Below, one piece after another: positions 50,946 through 61,777 of a stretch of 61,815 bases of DNA. How positions within the stretch are numbered: the stretch's first letter is position 1; the number at the start of each line of letters is the position of its first letter. Origin of the DNA: Octopus sinensis (lineage: Eukaryota). Position numbers and translations under genes: made by a program. The notes beneath the pieces are model-generated. The model did no database searches, was not told where the DNA came from, and saw nothing but the letters and a program-made list of their open reading frames with translations. The stretch lies in NCBI RefSeq assembly GCF_006345805.1, contig NW_021832249.1:1-61815 (forward strand). Direction: 5' to 3'.

Positions 50946-51867
50946 TGGCCGCTCACTTCCTGACGTTGTTATTTTGATTAGACTGTTTATAAAAATTATA
51001 ATTTTTATTTTCCGAGGTTGGTAACAAGCCAAACATCTTTTTACTCGACAAATTGAGGAACACAATCAGTCTTATATAGATTTTTTTCTAAATCGCTGTT
51101 AAACTCGATTTCAAAAACGCTTTTGACAGCGTTAAGAGATATCGAATTATTCAGACCTCCATCAAAGGGCCTTTTGGTCGATCCCAGTGGGCTCGAATTT
51201 TCATTGACCCTTAAATGGGCCCTAAACTGCGTAGTCTTAAACAAACTTTCTCTTTTCTAACTGTCTTTGATTTAACTTCAAATTTGTAAAAAATAATTAA
51301 ACACTGTTGATTTCAACACTGAGATATTCTATTTTAGATAAAGATGCTACTAAATCTCACAAATTTGAAGAAAGTTTGCTTCAATAACATCAGCCATATG
51401 GATCCAGTGTACTTGTGTAATTTTCATACTTTTCCACCACTTTTATTGTCCTCAATACTTTTTCTACCCTTCGATATAGGTTTGACATGGGCACTCCTTA
51501 ATTAACAGTATCTTAATTCCAGTTCTAAATTCGATTGGTAAGCTGTAAATATTTGGGCTCTTTTTCTTTCTTCTTTTGTTATTACTATTTACCTATATTT
51601 TTATTTTGACTTCACAGCTACATTTTGAATTGAATATTCGTCATATTTAATTACAAAATTATTAATTAATCTATTTTATCAAATTATTATGTAATACTTA
51701 TTTCAAAATCTTCATCAGGAGAGTCTATCAGAACACTCGACTAAATTATATTCTACTGAAAATTGTAGTTTTCAAAATCATTTACAACAGAAAAATTTTA
51801 ATAAATTTGTAATAATAAATTTTTTTTTAATTTCTTAATAAAATGTATTTATTATTTAAGTGCTGAG

Positions 51868-54082
51868 ATGGAAGAAAGTAATCATCAAAATAACGGCATT
51901 GAAAACATTTTTAACAATGTAAAAATAAATGTATAAACCATAACCAGGATGAAAGCTCTATCGGACATCGGACTCGTTCAAAAGTCCAAATTAACGAAGG
52001 CATGGACGAAATTCTCGATTTACTGAACTATCCGCAAGAACAAGTTTCCAAGTCAAAAACATGGCGCGATCTATTGATTACTGTCAAAACCACAAAAAGT
52101 TTTTCTTATGTAAAAGTTGTTTAGATTTATCCCTCGAAAGCGAAATTGATCCCTGTTCGGTGGAAGAAGTGAATCAAGAAGACTACAACATTGGACGTTT
52201 TTCCAGTTGATTTTTAGTTGTTATTATTTTATATTTAATTTTAAATTCAAGTCTAACAATATATATTTTTAGAAAAAGAACTTCTCAAAATAAACGAGCA
52301 CCGAAATTCACGTGTTGAAAGAAAAGATCAAATTCAACACTCAGAGCAAAGCCAAATTGTTGAAAATGAGCAATCGTATCTTCTTAAGGTGCAAATGACA
52401 ATGGTATGTATCCCTACCAATTAAACTCTCCAGTTTGTTCAATTAGTTGTCCAATTATTCATGGTTAGCACAAACACTCCCGATTACAACACAGACATAA
52501 TGGCTTCTGAATGCCGTTATATTCTGGTTTGCTAAACCTTGACATGCCAGGACACTCTCTCAAAACATTATCCTGTCAATTGTCCCCAAAGACCACCAAA
52601 TCTTGATGAAGCCATTAAAATGTTGGATAAAAAGAACATTATCAAACTATTTCCTTCAAAATATGATGAACTATTGTCTGAGGAGGTACTTGGGAGTCTA
52701 AAATGTCCCTCAAAAGGATTTAAAAGTTCTTTTCTGCCAATTTGTATTTTCGAGATTCTAAAACTCGGTTAATGTTCAATCACATGGATTTGCTGGCGTC
52801 GAGAATGGACGTTTTTCCATTTCCGAGATTATTTATGAGCAAATATCCTGAAATGAACAATCGACGTCGAGTTTTAAGATATGACGAATTAAAGTATAGG
52901 AAATGTATTTATAACGTTAGCCTTTTTGCATATGGTCTTGAAATGTGTCAGACAGGTGGGTGGAAGTATTTGGATGTGAATCGGAATTATCTCACATATT
53001 TGAGTCCTGCTTATCTCAAATCATATAATCACAGAATTGGTAAAAAAAATTCAAGAAGTATTCATTTTAATGCAGTCAAGGTTGGTTTAGTACTATACAC
53101 AGAGTTTTTAGTTTTTAAAAACATATAAAATTCTGCCTCCGAATATCACGGATTGTCAGCTTCCTAATATTCGTATTCCCGAAGTTGACTGTATTTGGAG
53201 ACTAGACGACATTGAAAAGCCGAATTGGTTGTTTGTTAGATTTTTGTCTCAATTGTATCCCAATAGGCATATACTGTCATTTCGTTGTTTATTTTTGAAC
53301 ATAAACTGAAAACTACTCATCCTAGCAATTTCTCTAGTCATGGAATTTCTAAGTTGTCTAATTTTAAAGAATTGAAACATTACAGGTTTTCGGTAATCTG
53401 TAATAAGAAATGATTGTATAGAGGAAACTTAATACTTGCTTGAATGATCTGATTAGACGAGTAGTCGAAAATATTAATTCCAGTGAAATTCGATATGAGT
53501 GGTGTGTTTGATTTCTTTTTATATCTCTTTTTTGTGTAATTAAGTTCTGTGAAATTTATTAAATGCTGATTAAAGCTAGAAAAAATAATAGAAGATTCAT
53601 ATTCTTCCATTTTTCATGAATTAATACTTACTTATTTAACATTTTGTTTAGCTATTCTATTTTTATATTCAATATATACATCAACGATTCTGTGATCAGT
53701 ACAATCATTTAAAAAAATCAAAGGTCAACAAATACCCTTTCCTAATAAAACAGTGCAGTCCAATTTTGATTTGGAACGGTCTTTAGGCTGAAATATCTCA
53801 GTTTTAGAAACACTTTGTAGGATCTCTGCCTAGAATAAATAATTGCTTTTGAATGAAAACTTCGATTTACAACAAAATTTACCTGTGGAAACATTATTCC
53901 AAAAGTTTCAGTCTGAAACAACTTACGATATTTTTAAAACATTTGATAGTAAAGTTTTCGACATTTTTTTAACAATTACAGCTCAAAAATATTCAGGAGT
54001 TGATTTTGATATTTTGAGTCATACTTCAGACCATTTTGGCACCCTTGATGGGGCTAGTTTCATTGGTGCGAGCCCAAATTAA
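51868..54082 (+). other. Possible multi-exon host gene or pseudogene of unknown family
   Basis: Chain of same-strand ORF pieces (52539-52772, 52742-53128, 53843-54082) with no TE motif recognised. Confidence 0.3.
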
Positions 54083-54192
54083 CATGAAACATTTAAATGG
54101 CTGTATGAGAGACTTCTTATCGTTTCAAGAATGATCCCATGTACGTACAGGACTTGAATACAAGCATAATCATATTCCTCCATTTTAGAGTA

Positions 54193-55064
54193 CACTAGGT
54201 GCAAAAAAACCGTTTTTTAAATACGGCATATTTTGCAAAGATAACCGTGATTTTTCTTTGTCGATATCAAAAGGGACTTAATATTCCCGCGATCAACTAT
54301 CGTGACTTCATCTGAAAATTCATTAAATATGGTACGACTGAAAGAATGAAAAATTCGGGGAGACCAAAAATTCTTAATAAGGACGATATCCTTATTTTAC
54401 TCAACCTGGTTAAAGAGGACCCCCAAAAAAAAGCTGATTGCTTAAGGAATGATCTCCGTAAAATAACCGGAAGAACAGTCGGTAAAAGATCCATCGCAAA
54501 TTATTTAAGAAGGGAGCAAATATATGCTCATGTATGTAGGAAAAAACCATTATTGAACAAAATAAATAGTGAAAAACGCTATAACATGGCAAAGCATTTC
54601 ATTACTGTGCCAAACACTGAATAGATGAGGACAATTTTCAGTGACGAATGCAGTTTCGAAGTTTTTAATATTAAAAAACAACAATATTGTTATCGAAAAA
54701 ACAATACAGGCCTTCAAAAAAGCAACCTTTCGCCTACTGTAAAATTTGGAGGGGGAAAGTTATGGTCTGGGGCTGTTTTTCATATTATGGAATGGGCTCG
54801 CTTGCTTTTATACACGGGAATATGAATTCCGCACTTTATATCAACACACTATGTAACCATTTATGGGAATCTGCAAAAAAAATGGAGCTTAGTGACTTTA
54901 TTTTCCAACAAGACATGGCACCATGTCATACTTCCAAGATGACTATGCAATTTTTTCAAGAAAAGAAAGTAAACCTTTTACCATGGGCACCTCAATCACC
55001 GGATTTAAATCCGATCGAACATATATGGGCTCATATGAAGAGGGAATTAAACACCTTTAAATAA
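54193..55064 (+). mobile_element. Tc1-like transposon, decayed
   Basis: TA|CACT terminus; SGRPKIL...KKPLL, FSDE, KFGGG, FQQDMAPCH and WAPQSPDLNPIEHIW. Confidence 0.88.
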
Positions 55065-55189
55065 TCAAAAATAAAACGGTTTTTTATTGCGTTTGATTTT
55101 TTGTTAGTTATAATTTGTTAAGTAAAAATGATTACAAGTTCAAATATAAAAATAAAACTAGTGTTAAAAAATGATAAATTATTTAATTC

Positions 55190-55404
55190 TCTCATAAGGT
55201 AGCCGAATGGTTGAGTGCTCGTAACTAAATCTCTTGGTCCCGGGTTCGATTCCTAGAGGCTGCCTGTGCCGGAAGCTCCGATCGGGTTTGACGAGTGACG
55301 CCGTCATAGACATCTCACCATACACGGACTCCGCATGGAACGGATCTCCGGATGGGATGTTGAGCTTCCTAGTCTTCTTCAGCCACACGCCAACATAAAA
55401 AAAA
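55190..55404 (+). mobile_element. tRNA-derived SINE
   Basis: A box TAGCCGAATGG (55200), B box GGTTCGATTCC (55243-55253), ~130-bp non-tRNA body and an A8 tail. Confidence 0.65.
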
Positions 55405-55467
55405 CAGTTAAAAAAGACAAGAGAAAAACTCTCCCACCTCGGATTAATTAAAATTAATACAGTAGAC

Positions 55468-56597
55468 CTGGCATTCTCAACCTTTTTTTGTTCATCGCCC
55501 CCTTAGATATTTTATCGCCCTCTTTGAAATTTTATCGCCCCCTTGTCCACATACAATTTAAAAATTTTTGGGCATTGTCCCTTAATTGGTTGTTTTTTGT
55601 ATATAACTTAAAAATCAAAATTTAAAATAATAAATCAAATGTAAAAAATTGAATTTTTATTAAAAATTATTAGTGAGACCCTTGATATTGATGCTTACTC
55701 GATAAATATAGGGTTTTCGGATCAATATAATAATTTTTCGAACCAATATAATAACTTCAATCGAACCAGCGATGGTTCGCCGACAAATAATCCTATTTTT
55801 ATTATGGATAATGCGAGGATTCATCACTACCGTGGACTGGAAAATGTTTTTTCAGTATAGAAAAACTTGGTAGTCCGTGGTAAAGCCAAGAATGAAAAAG
55901 ATCTTAGATGCCTGATTACATCTAAATTCAACGAAATATAACAAGTGAACATTGCGGATCCTTCTACAGAAAGATGTTAACGTATTTGAATAGATGCTCA
56001 AATTCTGAAGTGATTCAAGAATAACGACATCAGTAGATATTATTTGTCGGCGAACCATCGCTGGTTCGATTGAATATTCAGAAGATTTGAAAAATTATTA
56101 TATTGATTCGAAAAATTATTATATTGGTTCGAAAAATTATTATATTGGTTCGAAAAATTATTATATTGGTTCGAAAAATTATTATATTGGTTCGAAAAAT
56201 TATTATATGATTCGAAAAGTTATTATATTGATCCGAAAACCCTATATTCTATGTCGGGTTTAATTCTGCTCAACTTTAGGCCATATTAAACCCATATTTT
56301 AAATATTCGTTTTGATAATGACTACTTTTCTTATTTGAGCGAGAAGACATCTTAGATACCAAACAAGAATGTAAAAACAGCGTGCTATTCTAAATATAAA
56401 ATTTAAGGATAAACACTATAGAAAAAATATTAATAAATCTAAAACATTATTAAAATTAACATGTATAAATACTTGTATTATATTAAAATTCGAATATTTT
56501 ATTAAATATATTATCGCCCCCCTCTACAAAATTATCGCCCCCCTGTACAAAATTTTCGCCCCTAGGGGGGCGATTCGCCCCCGGTTGAGAACACCTG
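55468..56597. mobile_element. Buster-type hAT MITE
   Basis: TIRs CTGGCATTCTCAACC and GGTTGAGAACACCTG; ATCGCCCC subterminal repeats at both ends; exact TSD CAGTAGAC at 55460-55467 and 56598-56605. Confidence 0.9.
55711..56242. mobile_element. IS630/Tc1-like non-autonomous element with long, repeat-expanded inverted termini
   Basis: TA|GGGTTTTCGGATC...GATCCGAAAACCC|TA; inner IR tcaatcgaaccagcgatggttcgccgacaaataat; ~21-bp tandem units; IMDNARIHH remnant. Confidence 0.65.
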
Positions 56598-57558
56598 CAG
56601 TAGACTATTCATTTAACGAAAATGAAAATTGAGCATTCGTTAAATGAATTTAACGAAAAAAATTGTTTAATTAAAAATGTGTCATGAAATCGGTAATTTT
56701 AGGTTCCTTCTTTTTAATTTTTGCCAATATATTTCTCAAATTTGTAATTAGGTGAATATGTTCACCAGATTCTTGCAAAAAATATTTTTCAATATTTTCC
56801 AAATATTTAAGTGCACCTGCATAACCAATGGGATTGTCATTTGTGCTATCTATTTCTTCATGCTCATTTTCTTCCTCACATTGTATTGTATCAAGATACG
56901 CGTTTTCTTTGCAAACGACAGGTGCACAGACAGGAAACTCAATCATAATTTCACTTTTATTATCTTTAATTGTAAGGTGATTTAAATTTAATACCTTTTT
57001 CGTCAGTGGATTTTTCAAATATTTTTTCATCTATCTTCGCCCAATTATTTAATGCCTTGTTAAAGCAATTTTTGATAGTGTCCACTGTGACTTCGTTCCA
57101 AGCCTCAATAATTAAAGGTAGAGCATTCACTAATTTGAATTTGGTAAGTTCATCTGTATATGACAATGTTCCTATATTTCTTCCCATACTCAAATTTCTA
57201 GTCATTCCTTTTTTATACAACGATTTAAATGAATGCACAATCCCTTGATCAATTGGTTGAATCTTAGATGTTGTCTTTGGAGGAAGAAAATACAATTCGA
57301 TATTACTGAATTCGCCATCAAAATAGTGAACTGGCGCATTATCTAAAAAAAGCAAAATCTTTCTATTTTCCACACTCATTTTGGAATTTAACCGTTCAAC
57401 CCAGTTTTTAAAAATTAAACTGGTCATCCAAGATTTATTGCTATTTGCATATTGAATCCCAAGATTATTCATATTAATATTTTTAAAACCATGAGGATTT
57501 TTGAATTTTCCGATTACCAACGGATGCTCTTTATCTCCTTCCATATTTGTGCATAATA
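56598..57558 (-). mobile_element. pogo/Tigger element, 3' half (DDE_1) with terminal repeat
   Basis: LCTNMEGDKEHPLVIGK...SWMTS..F...LFLDNAPVH...FLPPKTTSKIQPIDQGIV; terminus TA|CAGTAGACTATTCATTTAACG. Confidence 0.88.
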
Positions 57559-57650
57559 TGTCGCGAGCGCTACGAGCGACCGAGCGCAGCGAGCGATCAC
57601 TCAATTTCTAGATGCGATGAATCAACAAATTCATAAATTGACAAATACCC
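57559..57650. mobile_element. Probable orphan Ginger-like TGT terminus truncating the Tigger gene
   Basis: TAATA|TGTCGCGAGCGCTACGAGCGACCGAGCGCAGCGAGCG; no mate TIR found in the window. Confidence 0.4.
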
Positions 57651-57652
57651 GT

Positions 57653-58685
57653 GAATGAATGAATGAATGAAGTTTATTGTAATTAACAGAGAAAGAGAAA
57701 GTGACAGGAATTAAGGACGGTGATAGGACGAGACTGATGCAAAGGCAACTGAAATCTTCTGAGCTTGCGTCCAATTCATCTGTCGTGAGCCAGAGTTAAT
57801 GGTGGCTATGTTGCTGAATTACTCCCTTCTAGCAGGAGCTCTTGCAGCATATCCATGTCCACTCCAAGTAGGGTCAGGGCTCCTACACAACAGCGGAAGC
57901 ATTCCAGTTGGGAATCTCTGTTGTGTAGGTCCTGATCTGAGTGGGGACCTCTTTGTGACAAAGCTTTGTCACGGTGGGTTTTTCTCCTCTTATGAGGGAC
58001 AGCAGAGCGGACCACTTCTGAGTTATGGCACTCATTAGTGGTTGTCTCCGAGTTTGTGAGTGTGCTGGGGGCCGGCGACGTCTGAGTAGAGACATCGACT
58101 TTGGACGGACTTCGGGGAGCCGCTTTTGTCCAGACTGATTTTATCGGTTCGGCTTTCACCCAGCGTACTGGGCTTTTTGTCTGTGGGCTCTTTGCAGCCC
58201 TTGAGGCTGCTGTTGCTGCTTTGGCAGATGGACATCCACCGTAGCACGCCAAGTGCCCAGTGTTCTTGCAATTAATGCAAGTTTTTGCAGCTGGGACATT
58301 CGGTTTTGGCTTGGAACTCGGGCAGTTTTGGTGCCTGTGTTCTTTACCGCAGAGGAGACAACGGAGTTTTTCGGAGCATCTGTAGGACGTATGTCCAAAC
58401 TGATTGCAACGGAAGCATCTCGTTGCTGAGGGCTTGTGCCATTCGCAGCGGATATGGCTGAAGCCCGCAGTTATTCCAAAGCGGATGAGGGTGTTGGTCT
58501 CGGCTCTGGAATCCAGCGTGAGTCTGCCGATAGGCATGTCGGTTCCATTACGAGAGAATCTTTCGAACTTGAAGTCCGATTCTAGACTTTCTTTCAAGTG
58601 GAGGTTAAGATCCTCTGTCGAGATCCAATGAGGGATTCCTTTAAGGACCAAGACTGAGGCCTTCTCAGCTATTGAGGCAAGTTTA
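57653..58685 (-). mobile_element. LINE-derived element with gag-like ORF1 (zinc knuckles) joined directly to a 3' tail; no ORF2
   Basis: CFRCNQFGHTSYRC, CLLCGKEH...C and CINCKNTGH; stop at 57806, ~130 nt, AATAAA, then a (TTCA)n tail. Confidence 0.75.
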
Positions 58686-58974
58686 TTTATTTGATCAAAT
58701 CTTAATACAGAACCCGTTTAACGGATAACCATCTTGCCGATTGCATGAGAATAGCACTAAGCTCATATGAGCCAGAGAATTACAATTCCAAAAATCCCAT
58801 CAACTTTTAATTATAAGACAAAAATTTTGTTATTAAAATAAACAAGTCGATCGATCAAAAATCGCAAAATGAAATCGACCAAAAATCACCACTGGCCTAT
58901 GCGATCATAATAATTGGTTAATACTCAGTTGGTAATTAACACGTTACTAAAGTAAGAACAACGTTGGTTGACTG

Positions 58975-59672
58975 TCACTGCTTACCGAAACCAGAAAATC
59001 CCATGATTTTGGCGACATCTGGTTCCTCAATTTCATCGGGGGCATTGACCGTGCGTTTACCAAAGGAGGAGAAGCCGAAAACAGAAGCAATATACGCCCC
59101 ATCTGCATCAACTTCCACTGCTCTCTTCTTTTTGTCCTTCATCTCCTTCCTCCTCTCCTTCCTATTCTCCTTCCTCTTCTCTTTCTCCTCTGAAAACACT
59201 GCCAGTCGTTCATGGATGTCGTACTCGGGGACATGCCTCGACATCCGATTGGCCTCGATTCGCTCACGCACTTGGGAGACGGTCGACTTTTCCACCTTCA
59301 TCGACATTCCCAGGTTCTTCTGGTCTGCAGAGGTCACATTTGAGGAATACGCTTTTTTCCGTTGATGTGGTCGAGGTAGTTGGTCGAGTCCTTTATCAGG
59401 CAGTCACAAACCTCGCAAAAATATCTGCGTGTTTCACTTTTAGTACCCTGGTTGGAAAGAGGTGGGTGCCGAAGCTGTCACCATACGGATTTGCCCTAAT
59501 TTGGAGTCCAAATCAGGCTGTTAGGGTCAAACATGTTCATTACCTTCAAATCTCTTTGCTTTAGGGGTTCCGCTGTTGTTTTCTCTGGCCTTTTTGTGTT
59601 TTTTTTGCTTAAATATTTTGCGTATTCAAATAGACTTTTTGTGTGTTTTAAAGTATAGTTTTTATCAGCCAT
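58975..59672 (-). CDS. ZMAT2: Zinc finger matrin-type protein 2 (SNU23), spliceosomal B-complex protein; 4 exons
   Basis: Spliced frame is open: LKQRDLK-PDLDSKLG...[40 protein letters not shown]...MGFSGFG; GT-AG introns at 59518-59543, 59425-59446 and 59325-59350. Confidence 0.93.
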
Positions 59673-59793
59673 CGAACACAATAAACCAGAAGCGAATTTG
59701 AAAAACAATAAATTATTTTGTTTATATTTTAAATTTAATTGTTAATTTATATATTTCAAACTAGAAAATATTCAAACATCATCAGCAATTGAC

Positions 59794-60184
59794 ATGGAAG
59801 ATTTGTTTGTTTGTATTTCTCAACACTTTTCTTTTTAATGACCCCCAAGTTGTTATCATAGGTGAAACTCAGGAACAAATAACAGTCATAACTAGCGATT
59901 CGAAGGCAGAAACAGTGGGTGGGGTCGTGTGCTGATTAACATAGACCTCAAAATCTTCATTATATACAGTGTATATCTCCAAGCAAAGTGTATATTATAC
60001 ACTTTGCTTTCAAACTTTAAACACAAAAATCTGTGATAAATATCAAAAGCATGCTTGCATTTATCCAAAGTTAACTGACAAACTGAGAAGGAAAGGTCTC
60101 GATGTTCAAGAGATTGCTGCAAGGAAGTTTCTCTTAGATGAAAAGAATCAAGAAAAATGGGAGGAATTACTGAATCCCAACTAG
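59794..60184 (+). CDS. Small hypothetical protein (~100 aa), 3 predicted exons
   Basis: ATG at 59794; removing GT-AG introns at 59813-59861 and a 30-nt gtgggtgg...aacatag gives one frame ending KFLLDEKNQEKWEELLNPN*. Confidence 0.5.
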
Positions 60185-60255
60185 GAAAATACTAAAGAAA
60201 ACTCTTAAAATGAATATTCTGGCTGGGTTCGACACATCCATAAGAGAATATATTA

Positions 60256-60930
60256 TGTCACGGTCCAGTGGTGTGCCTATGCCGTAGGTGTGCCTCCATC
60301 GCAATTTTTTTCCGTTTTTTTTTGTAAATTTTTTTTCCAAATTATCAACTATTTTTTTCCAATCTAGAGTCTTTTGGCATAAAACAACATAGAATGCAAT
60401 TTTAAAACTAATTATTATTTTTTTATTATATAGATATTTATTTTGTAAAAATTATAAAATACTATTAATTACTATTTTGTGTGGGCATGAAGGTTACCCT
60501 CTGGAATGCTGAAACTGATTTAATCAAAAATTATCAACGATTCGGAGAATTCACGGAAGACATAGATCGATCGAAAAGAGTCCGCTATCGTCGGCTTTCA
60601 AAAATAATGATTTTTTTTGTTAGGGTTAGGGATAAGGTTAGGGATAGGGAAAAGGTTAGGGTTAGTGATAAGGTTGGGGTTAGGGATAAGGTTAGGGATA
60701 GGGATAAGGTTGTGGTTAGGGTTAGGGATAAGGTTGTGGTTAGGGTTAGGGATAAGGTTGAAGTTAGGTTAGCTTTTGGGATAAAGTTGCAATTTTATCA
60801 TGCGACAAAAGTTGTAAAACAGAATGGCGACAACTATGAAGTTGAGAATGATGAGGGGATTTTGGTAAAAAAACATTTTTCACAATTAAAATAATTATAA
60901 AAACATTCTTTTGTAATTTTAAATGATTAG
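60256..60930 (+). mobile_element. Ginger-like deletion derivative (left TIR, telomere-like array, integrase C-terminus)
   Basis: TATTA|TGTCACGGTCC terminus; KVVKQNGDNYEVENDEGILVKKHFSQLK*; the right end is not in the window. Confidence 0.5.
60620..60771 (+). repeat. Degenerate interstitial telomere-like (TTAGGG/ATAAGG)n array
   Basis: ttagggttagggataaggttagggataggg... Confidence 0.88.
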
Positions 60931-61777
60931 TAGGCAACCAAAAAATTGCACTTTTTAAAAAAAAATTGCAAAAATGAATTTTAAAAATTGTAAAAAATTG
61001 CAAAAATAATTTTTTTTAATTGTAAACATTACATTATGCAAAAAATTAACGAAATTATTTTCCACTAGTGCCCCTATTGAAAAAAACACATTCCCCACTA
61101 TTGAATAACTTAAAAAAAACAACAGTAAATGAGTCTGAATGGTATTATTTTATATTTTGATATTTCTTTAACATTTAACCTGCAAGATGATTCAGATGGC
61201 AAAGGATATGTTTCCTGCTCAAAAAGCCGTATGAGGGAAGGATGTCTGATTTTATAAATTGGTATGTTTGCCTCCAAAAACGCTTGTGTTACTTTGATCC
61301 CCAATCCTTTCGAGTATCCGTTATCGCCGAAAGAAATGTTTGTGAACTCTGAGATGAATTTGTCCATTCTATAAATTTAAATTCAAAGAAATACTGTGTG
61401 CTTTTAAATGTTTTTTTGAAGAACGGTGCGCATCAACAAAAAATTTTGTGTCACACCGTCAACAGTTGAGCAATTGGAGCAAAATAAATTCCCTTCACTG
61501 TCAATAACAAACTCGGGGAATTTCTTTGCATAAAATGAATTTTCTGTGACACTGTCCTTTACCATTACACAAAAACAACTAAAACACGTTTTAATAATCT
61601 TTACTATAAATTATATTATTTTTTAATAAAAATTTTTTTTTAATTTAAAAAAATTGCAAAAAATTGCAATTTAAATCGAATAAAAATATAATTAAAATTA
61701 TGTCTATTCATTACTTTATTTTATCGAATTTTAATTAAATTATATTTAATTGCAAAAAATTGCAATTGGTTGCCCTA
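60931..61777 (-). mobile_element. Non-autonomous TAG-ended hAT with a CGGBP1-like transposase N-terminal fragment
   Basis: TIRs TAGGCAACC and GGTTGCCCTA; exact TSD ATGATTAG at 60923-60930 and 61778-61785; VTQAFLEANIPIYKIRHPSL...PSES. Confidence 0.85.

Noticed and set aside
55198-55264. Functional tRNA gene
   Set aside because: The cloverleaf register and anticodon arm are non-canonical, and it continues into a body with an A tail rather than a T-run terminator
57560-57611. Helitron 3' end (GAGCGCAGCGAG...CTAG)
   Set aside because: CTAG is followed by A rather than T and no matching 5' TC end was found; the TGT start with a TAATA flank fits a Ginger-like terminus better
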